Shown here in pieces: positions 1 through 8,540 of a DNA stretch of 54,780 nucleotides (its first letter is position 1; each line of letters begins with the position of its first letter). The translations under genes were made by a program, and so were the position numbers. The stretch is from the NCBI GenBank assembly GCA_007131925.1, contig SLPQ01000050.1:1-54780 (forward strand), in the 5' to 3' direction. The notes under the pieces are model-generated. The model searched no databases, was not told where the DNA came from, and worked only from the letters and a program-made list of their open reading frames with translations. Source of the DNA: Candidatus Brocadiia bacterium. GTDB taxonomy: Bacteria; Planctomycetota; DG-23; SLPQ01.

Positions 1-1
1 C

Positions 2-223
2 AACGGCGAGCTCAGGCAGGATTCCAACACGCGCCACCTCATATTTGACACGGCTGCACTGGTATCCTACATATCCGAGGTAATGACGCTTCTTCCCGGG
101 GATCTGATAGCGACCGGCACACCTGCCGGCATAGCGCCCATGTCGCCCGGCGATACGGTCGAGATCGAGATCGAAGGCATAGGCGTACTGAAAAACACCG
201 TGGCCGCACCGGAAAGAAGCTGA
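2..223 (+). CDS. Fumarylacetoacetate hydrolase (FAH) family protein, C-terminal fragment (5' end outside window)
   Basis: Frame 2 translates to NGELRQDSNTRHLIFDTAALVSYISEVMTLLPGDLIATGTPAGIAPMSPGDTVEIEIEGIGVLKNTVAAPERS. This is the typical FAH-fold C-terminus (LxPGDxIxTGTPxG). TGA stop at 221-223. Confidence 0.8.
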   Translation, partial: NGELRQDSNTRHLIFDTAALVSYISEVMTLLPGDLIATGTPAGIAPMSPGDTVEIEIEGIGVLKNTVAAPERS

Positions 224-225
224 AA

Positions 226-1152
226 GTGCGTATCTCTGATGAAGACAGGTTAAAGGGCTCCCTGCTTGTGCTTCTGGCCGCGGTGCTCCATGCGGCCGTG
301 CCCGTAGCAGGCAAGTACGCCCAGCAGTCGATGAACACGGCCACGTATGTATTTCTGTGGGCGTTTTTCGCTGTGCTTTTCACGCAGTGCTATTTTCTGC
401 TTTTCGGCATGTGGCGCGTGGCAATGCGGCAGATCGCCGTCCACTGGAAGACCTTTCTTATAATGGGCCTGTGTCAGGCGGGCGCGTCCTGGACTTTCTT
501 TTACGGCGTTGTTCTGATCGACCCGACGGTGGCGGCGTTTTTCGGCCGTGCCAGCGCCATATTTTCGCTGGTCCTGGGAGTTCTTTTCTTGCGAGAGCGC
601 CTCAATGCCATGGAGGCGGCCGGCATTGCGCTTGCCATCATCGGCGCACTCGTGATCACCTGGGACGGCGGCCAGGTCAAGATACTCGGCATGCTGATGG
701 TGGTAGCCTCAACTCTGTTTTTCGCGCTCTTCACCTTCACGGCCAAGATAAGGGTCAGCGGCATACACCCCATGGTGCTGGTCTCAGGCGGCTCTACAGT
801 CTCTGCGGCTCTGCTCTTCGTATCTGGGATAGGCGCAGGCACGCTGGAGTTTAACCAGAATGTCGAGGCGGTAAGCGCGCTCGCGGCAGGGGCGTTTTTC
901 GGGGGCTTTCTCGGCATCGGGACGTTTTACCGCGGCCTCAAGTACATTGGCTTTGCTGTAGGCTCGGCTCTTCGCAGCGCCCAGGTCGTATTTGTGGCGC
1001 TGCTCTCGTGGTTTACACTGCGCATGCAGCCGGATCCGCAGGACTGGGCGGGGGGGCTGGTCATAATCGCGGGCGTTCTCTTGCTGACCCTTGCAGGCAG
1101 GAGACGGCGGTCGACTCTGGACGTGCCGTCGCAGGGCCCGGCCGGCTCATGA
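226..1152 (+). CDS. EamA/DMT-superfamily membrane transporter
   Basis: 308-aa ORF with about ten hydrophobic segments in two similar halves. GTG start lies 2 nt after the upstream stop. Family assigned by overall pattern only. Confidence 0.7.
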   Translation: MRISDEDRLKGSLLVLLAAVLHAAVPVAGKYAQQSMNTATYVFLWAFFAVLFTQCYFLLFGMWRVAMRQIAVHWKTFLIMGLCQAGASWTFFYGVVLIDPTVAAFFGRASAIFSLVLGVLFLRERLNAMEAAGIALAIIGALVITWDGGQVKILGMLMVVASTLFFALFTFTAKIRVSGIHPMVLVSGGSTVSAALLFVSGIGAGTLEFNQNVEAVSALAAGAFFGGFLGIGTFYRGLKYIGFAVGSALRSAQVVFVALLSWFTLRMQPDPQDWAGGLVIIAGVLLLTLAGRRRRSTLDVPSQGPAGS

Positions 1153-2712
1153 GAAGCGCGGCAGGTCCTCGTACGTGGCGCTTGCCAGCAGATACAGCCC
1201 GAGAAGCGCATCGTCCATCGTGGGAGTGAGACCGCCGGTCTGGAGAGCATTGATAAGCCAGAGGCCCGCTGCAAAGCGCTCATCCCTCAGCACTGCCACC
1301 TCCAGAAGCGCGTCGCGCGGTCCATGGAAGCTGTAAGCATCACGGGCAATCATGAATCCTGCGTCCCACAGCAGCTCGATGCATCTGGCCGCGTCGCCGG
1401 CCTCGTACGCTTGCTTGAGCTCAGCGATAGTTACACGCATCTGGTCGCTTGTGCGGTCGCGGCCCAGCCTCTGCATCAGGCGCTTCGACAGGCGGGCCAC
1501 TTCCCTGCCGGGCCTGTTCATCTCTCGTGAAAGTATCTGGTAAAACTCATCCCTCCTGCCGAGCAGGTTTCCGACGGCAAGGGCCGCCTGGCGCTTCAGG
1601 ATCGGGTTTGTGATGTCTTTAAGGAGTGGAAGCACCTCCCACATATCAGCAGCAGAGCCCGTCTCTCCAAGGGCCTCGATGGCGTTTGCTATGACCTGTT
1701 CGTTTTCCTCGCGCCTTATGAGGTCTGTGAGCGCCTCAACGGCCTGCTTTCCCTGCATCTCGCCCAACGCACGCGCGGCCGCGGCGCGCAAGTGACGGTC
1801 CTTGCTCTTAAGGCGCGCTATCAGGGGTGAGAGGGCCCGCTCGTCTCCTATCATGCCCAGCGCGCGGATGATGCCCAGCGAGCTGTGCGCGTGAGGGTTT
1901 TCGAGCCTTTCCAGAAGTGCCGGCACCGATGCCGGGTCACCAATCTCGCCGAGGGCATGCACCGCCTCCTCCCGCACCACCACGCTCGGATCGTCAAGCC
2001 TCCTTATGAGGTCTTCGGTGGCAAGGCGCGTACGCTGGGCGGCCAGAGAGCGCACGGCCCACGCGCTCGAACGGGCCGAGCGACCGGCGTTCAAGACGCC
2101 TATGCGCGCGAAGGTCCTCACGGGATTGGCCATCATTATATTGCCCAGAAGCACACCCATGGGCGCTGAGCGGACCTCGCGTATGCGCAGGAAGATCGGC
2201 ATGCACAGCAGGTACAGTATCATCGATATCGCCATGAGATTGTGATACTGCGTGAAACCGCCCGTCACAAACTCCGGCCACCTGCTCGCTATGAAACCGC
2301 CGGTGACAGGGGCGGCCGCTGTCACCACACCGGTGATTGAAAAGAATACCGCCACGAACATCGAGCGCCCCTCGCGCGGCGAGAGGCCCATCAGCAGGTT
2401 TGTAAAGCCTACGTTCATCCCCGCGCCAACCACGCCGCCAAGGACCGCCTGCACGCTCAAGAGCAGGCGGGCATTTTCTGGCGTGGCAAAGAAAAATATC
2501 AGCGGCAGAGGCATGCTCAGCAGGGCGCACAGGTTGAAGACCGGCTTGGACCCCAGGCGGTCGGCCACCGACCCCCAGAACGAGCTTGTGCCCATCGCTG
2601 CGAAAAGGGCTATGCTGTTTACTATCCCCAGAAAGGCAAAATCAATCTCAAGGTGCTCCCTGTAATATACCGCGTAAAAGGGCACGGTCATAAACGATGC
2701 GAAGGACCACAA
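1147..2712 (-). CDS. MFS transporter C-terminal half (TM7-12) fused to a HEAT / PBS-lyase-type repeat domain
   Basis: The first ~220 aa hold six hydrophobic segments. They are followed by repeated xxVRxxAxxALGxIGDxxAxxxL units (DDPSVVVREEAVHALGEIGDPASVPALLERL, SSLGIIRALGMIGDERALSPLIARL, RHLRAAAARALGEMQGKQAVEALTDLI, VIANAIEALGETGSA). The ORF is in frame with 2731-3465, separated only by one TGA. Confidence 0.75.
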   Translation of the reverse strand: MWSFASFMTVPFYAVYYREHLEIDFAFLGIVNSIALFAAMGTSSFWGSVADRLGSKPVFNLCALLSMPLPLIFFFATPENARLLLSVQAVLGGVVGAGMNVGFTNLLMGLSPREGRSMFVAVFFSITGVVTAAAPVTGGFIASRWPEFVTGGFTQYHNLMAISMILYLLCMPIFLRIREVRSAPMGVLLGNIMMANPVRTFARIGVLNAGRSARSSAWAVRSLAAQRTRLATEDLIRRLDDPSVVVREEAVHALGEIGDPASVPALLERLENPHAHSSLGIIRALGMIGDERALSPLIARLKSKDRHLRAAAARALGEMQGKQAVEALTDLIRREENEQVIANAIEALGETGSAADMWEVLPLLKDITNPILKRQAALAVGNLLGRRDEFYQILSREMNRPGREVARLSKRLMQRLGRDRTSDQMRVTIAELKQAYEAGDAARCIELLWDAGFMIARDAYSFHGPRDALLEVAVLRDERFAAGLWLINALQTGGLTPTMDDALLGLYLLASATYEDLPRFS

Positions 2713-2730
2713 GGCCCATCCCGCAAAAAA

Positions 2731-3465
2731 TCACCGGAAATTGCCATCCCTGAGCGGCCGCGTCACCATAGAAAAAAGGTCACGGCCAGCCTCCCCCTTT
2801 TCCATCGGCGGCTCGCTTATGAAGCTGTGAACCGCCAGATCCGCCAGACCCAGCACCGCAGCAGAGCCGAAAACAATCGCAAAGCCCACAAATTGCTGCT
2901 CTTCGGAAAACGAATCCAGAATCACCCCGAAAAGCGGAAGCAGCACTACTATCGAGAGGTTCACTATGGCCGTGCGCCTGCCCCAGAAGCGACCCCGCTC
3001 CCTCTCCGGAATGATGTCAGCCATCCACGAGTACCAGGGGGCAAACCCCGCCGCGCCGAGGATCGCGCTTACCGCCAGTATCACCAGCATCATGGCCCGG
3101 GCGGTGTGAAAGTCGTCCACGAAGATAAAGGGCAGTAGCGGCATCAGCGCCAGCACTACGCGTCGCGACATCTCCACCCAGAGCCAGTACCACTTGCGCC
3201 TGCCAAGCTGCTCGACAATGTAAGCCGAAGCAATCTGCGTGACGTGTGCCAGCGACGGTATGGTCGCCAGGAGGCCGATGGTCACCTCGCCTGCGCCCAG
3301 CGACCTCGCAAAAAGTTGAAAATAGCTGCCGAGACACACTGACCACCAGAGCGCGCCGAGGCTCCCGGCGATGACGTTGAGCAACTTCGCTCGGCGCAGT
3401 TCTGCAACATTAACGAAGGTGCCGTCAATGTTGAACTTCAATCCTGTCTGCCCGGCTGTTTCCAT
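2731..3465 (-). CDS. MFS transporter N-terminal half (TM1-6), ending at an in-frame TGA (2731-2733)
   Basis: 244-aa ORF with six hydrophobic segments and an MFS loop-like EQLGRRKWYW between TM2 and TM3. It ends ...RPLRDGNFR-TGA and continues in the same frame as FFAGWALWSF... of ORF 1147-2712. Confidence 0.75.
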   Translation of the reverse strand: METAGQTGLKFNIDGTFVNVAELRRAKLLNVIAGSLGALWWSVCLGSYFQLFARSLGAGEVTIGLLATIPSLAHVTQIASAYIVEQLGRRKWYWLWVEMSRRVVLALMPLLPFIFVDDFHTARAMMLVILAVSAILGAAGFAPWYSWMADIIPERERGRFWGRRTAIVNLSIVVLLPLFGVILDSFSEEQQFVGFAIVFGSAAVLGLADLAVHSFISEPPMEKGEAGRDLFSMVTRPLRDGNFR

Positions 3466-4084
3466 GAATCGTCGCTGCCGCCTTGTAGAAAACTACATTC
3501 CTGCCCACGCGCTCCGCCGCCAGGCCGTCCTGCCTTACGCCGTGCACCGTACACATGTCGGCAGGTTCGACGCAAAAATCCTCTTTTAGAGAATGCCTAC
3601 GGAACTTTCCCTGAATCGCGTCGTCAAAAGGCTGGGTGTGGCGACCCGGTTGGTCGAGTCGACCCGAATCGCTCGTTGGAGTCCGACCCGTTCTCAAGAT
3701 TCCATGAAATCTCTGCAGATCGTCAAAGTCGCCGCACCCCTCCCCTTCTGCGGCATGTAGAGCCCCAAGCCACAAGCGCTCCACACAGGAGACGCGCTTG
3801 AACACCATGTCATAAGAGCGCCGGCACGGCGCCGACCGCGCTGCAAGGGTGATGCCTTCCTGCCAATGGAACGGCCCAATTGTGCCCGGCGGGTATGCCG
3901 CTGCAAGACCAAAAAAAGCAATTCCCTCTCAGGCTCATCTGTTGCTGCCGGACTGCCCGTGCAGCTCATGCATACGGGCCCGCCTGCGTGGCTGTATCCC
4001 CGACCAGCGCACACAAGCAGGCCCGGCTGCGTGTGACCTGAAGGCTCACGGCCATACATGCCGCATACGCGCCGTCTTGGGCTC

Positions 4085-5269
4085 TTATTGACCGCCGTTG
4101 GCTTCGCCCGGAGCACCTGCAGCATCGGCTTCGATCGTTATCCGGAGAATGCGGTCGTCGCCGTCTCGCGGTGTGCCTCGGCCATCCCTGTTTGAGGTAA
4201 GAACGTACAGTGCACCGTCGGGCCCCACCACCACGTCGCGCAGGCGCCCGTACCTGCCGCTTGCGGCACCGTCCGCAAACCAGCGCTCGATGCGGGCAAT
4301 CGAATGCCCCTCGCCATTATCGCCGAAAGTGATTCTTATAAGCGCCTCGGAGCGCAATGTCGCCACGAAAAGGTCCCCGTCATAAAAGGCGATACCGCCG
4401 GGCGGCGTCGCCGTCGTCCACATGATGATGGGATCGACATATCCCTCTACCCCGGGGGCGCCGACCACATCCGGCCAGCCGTAATTGGCCCCTTTTCGGA
4501 TGACGTTAATCTCATCCTTGCCGCGGAGTCCGCCGAGCTCACCTGAAGGCCCGTGCTCGGAGGAAAAGAGCTCGCCTGTCTCCGGATGCCAGGCGATGCC
4601 CTGGGGATTGCGGTGGCCGTAGGAGTACACAGTCGAATCCTCGAAGGGGTTGCCCGCGGGAATCTCGCCATCAGCGGTAAGACGAAGCATCTTGCCTGCA
4701 AGGCTGTCAAGGTCCTGTGACAGGTGCGGCTGCCATATCTCGCCGGTGCACACGTAGAGGTACCCGTCAGGCCCAAAGGCGATGCGCCCGCCGTCATGCA
4801 CACGCCCGCCCGGGATATCGTCGATGATAACCCGGTCAAATTCGCCGCTCTCGCCTTTGTCTGTAAGCCTTACGACACGGTTGAAAAGATTGCCCGCCTC
4901 CCGGTAAGTATACATGGCGTAGACATACGGCTCGCCCGGAAACTCCGGATGAAGCGCCAGTCCCATCAGGCCGCCCTCACCTACCGCCGCTACATCGATC
5001 TCGGCGTACGGCTCTTCATGCAGGCTGCCGTCCATTATAAGACGAATGCGTCCGCCGCGCTCGCTCACAAGCGCCCTGCCGTTGCCGGCGAAGACCAGCG
5101 ACCACGGCACCTCGAGCCCCTCCACCCAGCTTGTCACCTCCACGCCAGCCGGCTCAGCCACGAAAACATCCGTCACATCCTGCGGCTCGCCACCCACAAT
5201 AGGCTCCCCTGGGGCGCAGGCCGCGGCAAACAGGACCACAAGGGCGCACAGCGTCCATTTTGTCAGCAT
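4085..5269 (-). CDS. PQQ-dependent sugar (glucose/sorbosone) dehydrogenase-family beta-propeller, probable lipoprotein
   Basis: Family-typical blocks are present: VPWSLVFAGNGRALVSERGGRIRLI, GLMGLALHPEF, HDGGRIAFGPDGYLYVCTGE, AGKMLRLTADGEIPAGNPF, YSYGHRNPQGIAWHP, DEINVIRKGANYGWP. The N-terminus MLTKWTLCALVVLFAAACAPG has a lipobox-like AAC. ATG at 5269 is preceded by GGAGGAG; the track start at 5284 is a TTG. Confidence 0.85.
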   Translation of the reverse strand: MLTKWTLCALVVLFAAACAPGEPIVGGEPQDVTDVFVAEPAGVEVTSWVEGLEVPWSLVFAGNGRALVSERGGRIRLIMDGSLHEEPYAEIDVAAVGEGGLMGLALHPEFPGEPYVYAMYTYREAGNLFNRVVRLTDKGESGEFDRVIIDDIPGGRVHDGGRIAFGPDGYLYVCTGEIWQPHLSQDLDSLAGKMLRLTADGEIPAGNPFEDSTVYSYGHRNPQGIAWHPETGELFSSEHGPSGELGGLRGKDEINVIRKGANYGWPDVVGAPGVEGYVDPIIMWTTATPPGGIAFYDGDLFVATLRSEALIRITFGDNGEGHSIARIERWFADGAASGRYGRLRDVVVGPDGALYVLTSNRDGRGTPRDGDDRILRITIEADAAGAPGEANGGQ

Positions 5270-5368
5270 TTCGCTCTCCTCCAAATCAAAGCCTCAAGGA
5301 ACTCGACAGCCGGAGGGCTATGGTTGTTTCAAGATGCACTTTCCGTAAGGCCTTTCGGCGGATATTGC

Positions 5369-5396
5369 TTGGCAGGCCGACAAATGGCGCTACAAT
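5369..5396 (+). promoter_or_regulatory. Sigma70-like promoter candidate for the cupin gene (TTGGCA-16-TACAAT)
   Basis: TTGGCA at 5369-5374, 16-nt spacer, TACAAT at 5391-5396, about 30 nt upstream of the ATG at 5428. Confidence 0.35.
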
Positions 5397-5427
5397 GCCT
5401 TCGGCTTTCGTAATGAAAGGACCTTAT

Positions 5428-5763
5428 ATGACAAACGACCTTGTCAGGCGATTCACCGACTGCGAGTTTTACCAGGAGGGCGGGCGAAACTCCTACTACA
5501 AGATCATCCCGCAAGGCTCCATGGGAAATGTCGCCGCCGGGTATGTCGTCGTAGAGGGGGCACAGACCACCCCTGCGAACTCGCACTCAGACTGGCAGCA
5601 GGCCTACCTCGTAATCGGCGGCTCCGGCACGCTCTTTATCGGTGGCAGGCCGCACCGGATAGAGCGCGGAATGGTCGCGCACATACCGCTCGACACGGAG
5701 CACTTCGTCGAGGTCGCCTCTGGCGAGCGCCTCGAGTACATATACGTCAACATGTTTCTCTGA
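5428..5763 (+). CDS. Cupin-domain protein
   Basis: Small beta-barrel-type sequence with cupin-like motifs: GYVVVEGAQTTPANSHSDWQQAYLVIGGSGTLFIGG and AHIPLDTEHFVE. ATG 5428 follows AAAGGA; ATG 5413 is an alternative start. The track's N-terminal extension from 5260 looks non-coding. Confidence 0.7.
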   Translation: MTNDLVRRFTDCEFYQEGGRNSYYKIIPQGSMGNVAAGYVVVEGAQTTPANSHSDWQQAYLVIGGSGTLFIGGRPHRIERGMVAHIPLDTEHFVEVASGERLEYIYVNMFL

Positions 5764-5774
5764 AGTCGCTGAAG

Positions 5775-5802
5775 TTGACAGGTCTGGCAGCGCGGGTATG
5801 AT
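5775..5802 (+). promoter_or_regulatory. Sigma70-like promoter candidate for the GH4 gene (TTGACA-16-TATGAT)
   Basis: TTGACA at 5775-5780, 16-nt spacer, TATGAT at 5797-5802. GGGAGG SD lies just before the ATG at 5844. Confidence 0.5.
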
Positions 5803-5843
5803 GCGGCCATTGGGGTAATCAGCGCGGGCAAGGGAGGCTCCAG

Positions 5844-7253
5844 ATGGCAAAGATGAAGACGATCATCGCCTCGGACGGCGTCGAGTATGAGTATATCCCG
5901 TTCACGAAAAACAAAGGCTCGGTCGGCAGGAAACGCATCGTATTTGTGGGGGCATCTTACAAGTTCTGTCACAAGGTCGTGCGCGACCTGCTGCTGGTCG
6001 GCGGCTTTGATGAGTGCGAGATTGTCCTTCTCGACCTCTACAAGAGGCCGCTGAAGGTCGTCGGCGATCTCATTGAAAAGATGATAGCCCAAGCCGGCTC
6101 TTCCATGACGGTATCTCGCACCGTCCAACGCGAGGAGGCCCTCGAGGGCGCCGACATAGTCCTGCTTTCGATCACCGTCGGCGGCGTCGAGGCCGACATG
6201 CGCGCCGCCGAGGTCTGCCACAGGTACGGCATACCGGTCGCCGTGGGCGATACGCTTGGTCCCGCCGCACTCGCACGCAACCTGCGCACGCTGCCGGTGG
6301 TCCTTGAGATCGCCCGCGACATCGAGCGGATATGTCCGGAGGCCGTCCTTATAAACTTCACCAACCCGCTCTCGACCGTCACCGGGATCGTCCTTCGCGA
6401 GACATCAGTACGCGCATACGGCCTGTGCCACTCCGTGGAAGACCTGGCCACTTATTTCGCCCGTATTTACGGCTGCAGCAGCCGCGACATAGAGATGGCC
6501 TCCGGCGGCGTAAACCACATGAGCTTTATAACCTCTATGAAGGTGCGCGGCCGCGAGAAAATAGCCGACCTGTACGACGACACATCATCCTCCGGCATAG
6601 GTGTCGTGGACAGCCTGCTCGGGCGCGTCGAGACGGCGGAGGTTCAGCGGGAGCTTTACAGCGTCCTGGGCGCGTGGCCATCGACTGGTGGCGAACATGC
6701 CGCGGAGTTTTTCCCGGAGTTTCTCGAAAAGAAGCGCCGCGATGAGCTCGGCCTCCACGTCAAGAAGATCCGAAAAAACCGCAAGCCCTTCAAGGTCACC
6801 AAGGAGCCCCCGGAGGCCATACTGAAGTGGGCCTACGGCGACGGGCCCGTCGAAGACATGCAGATGCTCACCACCGAGTTTGCACATGAGCTGATATGGG
6901 CTGTAATAAAGGGGGATGAAAACCGCCGCGTCGTCAATATCCTCAACAAGGGTGCCATCAAGGGCCTCCCCGACGACGCCTGCGTAGAACTTTGGGCGAC
7001 GATTACGAAAAAAGATGAGCGCCGCGAGAAGATAAGCCTGCCGGCAGCCTGTACGGCTCTCCTGCAGACATGGACTACCATTCACGAGCTCTCATACCGC
7101 GCCGCCATCGAGGGCGACCGCCGGGCTGCGCGACAGGCTCTCACGCTCGATCCGCACGTAAGGAGCATCCGGCAGATCGACGGACTGCTTGACGACTTCT
7201 GCAAGCGGCTCGGCCGCTGGATGCCGCGATTTGCCGGCAAGGCCGCGCGATGA
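5844..7253 (+). CDS. Glycoside hydrolase family 4 (NAD/Mn-dependent alpha-glucosidase/galactosidase type)
   Basis: N-terminal Rossmann segment IVFVGASYKF...EIVLLDL. GH4-typical blocks ADIVLLSITVGG, VGDTLGPAALARNLRTLPV, LINFTNPLS and YGLCHS. Confidence 0.85.
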   Translation: MAKMKTIIASDGVEYEYIPFTKNKGSVGRKRIVFVGASYKFCHKVVRDLLLVGGFDECEIVLLDLYKRPLKVVGDLIEKMIAQAGSSMTVSRTVQREEALEGADIVLLSITVGGVEADMRAAEVCHRYGIPVAVGDTLGPAALARNLRTLPVVLEIARDIERICPEAVLINFTNPLSTVTGIVLRETSVRAYGLCHSVEDLATYFARIYGCSSRDIEMASGGVNHMSFITSMKVRGREKIADLYDDTSSSGIGVVDSLLGRVETAEVQRELYSVLGAWPSTGGEHAAEFFPEFLEKKRRDELGLHVKKIRKNRKPFKVTKEPPEAILKWAYGDGPVEDMQMLTTEFAHELIWAVIKGDENRRVVNILNKGAIKGLPDDACVELWATITKKDERREKISLPAACTALLQTWTTIHELSYRAAIEGDRRAARQALTLDPHVRSIRQIDGLLDDFCKRLGRWMPRFAGKAAR

Positions 7254-7317
7254 CGTCAGGGGCATCCCGACCTGCAACTGGCAGGGTGCCCGGCCTCGCG
7301 AGCCCCTGGTCGAAACC

Positions 7318-8532
7318 TCAAGTGTGATACTCGGCATTTATCCGGACGTACTCGTACGTCAGGTCACACGTGTAGATGGCGCCCTGAGCGCTTCCAAGGC
7401 CGAGATCCAGCTCGATGATTATCTCGGTGGCCTTCATTGCCTCATCGAGATCACGAGACGGCGCCGCGGGCGCGCCCCTTTCAAAGGCCCTGACCCCGTT
7501 GAAAGCGAGAACAGCCTTCTCCTCATCGAAGGGCACCCCGGCATAGCCCGCCGCTGCAAGCACCCTGCCCCAGTTCGGGTCAGCTCCGAAGACGGCTGTC
7601 TTGACGAGCTTTGAATCGGCTATGGCGCGGGCAGCCGCAAGGGCGGCTGCCTCATCAACAGCGCCCGTCACACGCACCTCGACAAACTTCGACGCACCCT
7701 CACCGTCGGCGGCCATCATCTTTGCAAGGTCGAGGCACACGTCGAAGAGCGCCCGATCGAAGCGCGCGTATCCGTCGCTGCCGCCCTTTATGCGTCCAGC
7801 CTCAGACAGGCCGCTCGCCAGCAGAAATACACTGTCATTTGTTGACATGTCGCCATCGACGGTGACCCTGTTGAATGAGCGCTCGACGGCCTTTTCGAGG
7901 CTTTCCTGGAGCAGAGGCGCATCGATAAGCGCGTCAGTGGTGATAAAGGCGAGCATCGTGGCCATCTTCGGTGAGAGCATGCCAGCGCCCTTGGCTATTG
8001 CTCCAATGCGGACTTTGCGACCGAAAAGATCGATCTCGCGCTGGGCGGTCTTTGGCCGGGTGTCGAGAGTCAAAATCGCGCGCGAAGCGGCCTCGGCGGC
8101 AGCTTCGCTTCGGTCGATATTCGACCACGCCGCCTCGATGCCTGCGCGCACCCTGTCCATGTCAAGCGGTGTGCCGATGACCCCCGTCGATGCAACAAAG
8201 ACCTTGCCTGCATCAGTGCCCGCCTGCGAAGCTGTGAGCCGGGCCATCTCTGCGGCGTCTTCGAGCCCCTGGGGGCCGGTAGCGGCATTTGCGTTGCCGC
8301 TGTTGGCCACGACCGCGCGCGAAAGCCCGCCGTCCCTGACCCCCCTGCTGTACTTGACAGGGGCTGCACAGAGCCTGTTTGTCGTGAAGACAGCCGCGGC
8401 TGAGCAATCGACCTCGCCCAGGAGCACCATCACGTCGTCGCCCTTTTTCTTGAGACCTGCACGCCCGGCCCCGACCTTGAAACCCCTGGGAAAGACCACC
8501 GACATCATTTCAGGCATGCTGCACTCCACCAT
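7318..8532 (-). CDS. argJ: Bifunctional ornithine acetyltransferase / N-acetylglutamate synthase ArgJ
   Basis: PRGFKVGAGRAGLKKKG N-terminus and the autoprocessing site region KGAGMLSPKMATMLAFITTD. C-terminus DLTYEYVRINAEYHT. GAGG SD before ATG 8532. Confidence 0.95.
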   Translation of the reverse strand: MVECSMPEMMSVVFPRGFKVGAGRAGLKKKGDDVMVLLGEVDCSAAAVFTTNRLCAAPVKYSRGVRDGGLSRAVVANSGNANAATGPQGLEDAAEMARLTASQAGTDAGKVFVASTGVIGTPLDMDRVRAGIEAAWSNIDRSEAAAEAASRAILTLDTRPKTAQREIDLFGRKVRIGAIAKGAGMLSPKMATMLAFITTDALIDAPLLQESLEKAVERSFNRVTVDGDMSTNDSVFLLASGLSEAGRIKGGSDGYARFDRALFDVCLDLAKMMAADGEGASKFVEVRVTGAVDEAAALAAARAIADSKLVKTAVFGADPNWGRVLAAAGYAGVPFDEEKAVLAFNGVRAFERGAPAAPSRDLDEAMKATEIIIELDLGLGSAQGAIYTCDLTYEYVRINAEYHT

Positions 8533-8540
8533 TTATGACC

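Noticed and set aside
2731-2733. Reading the in-frame TGA in the MFS gene as selenocysteine or as genetic-code reassignment (TGA = Trp/Gly).
   Set aside because: TGA clearly terminates many neighbouring genes at conserved C-termini (FAH, EamA, hemA, GT-C, COG1900). A central-loop position in an MFS permease has no redox role. I saw no convincing stem-loop immediately downstream that would serve as a bacterial SECIS.
3425-3808. 127-aa minus-strand ORF as a real gene.
   Set aside because: There is no recognisable motif, and the share of A/T-ending codons is higher than in neighbouring genes. It overlaps the MFS start by 41 nt out of frame. It is kept only as part of the unassigned-region finding.
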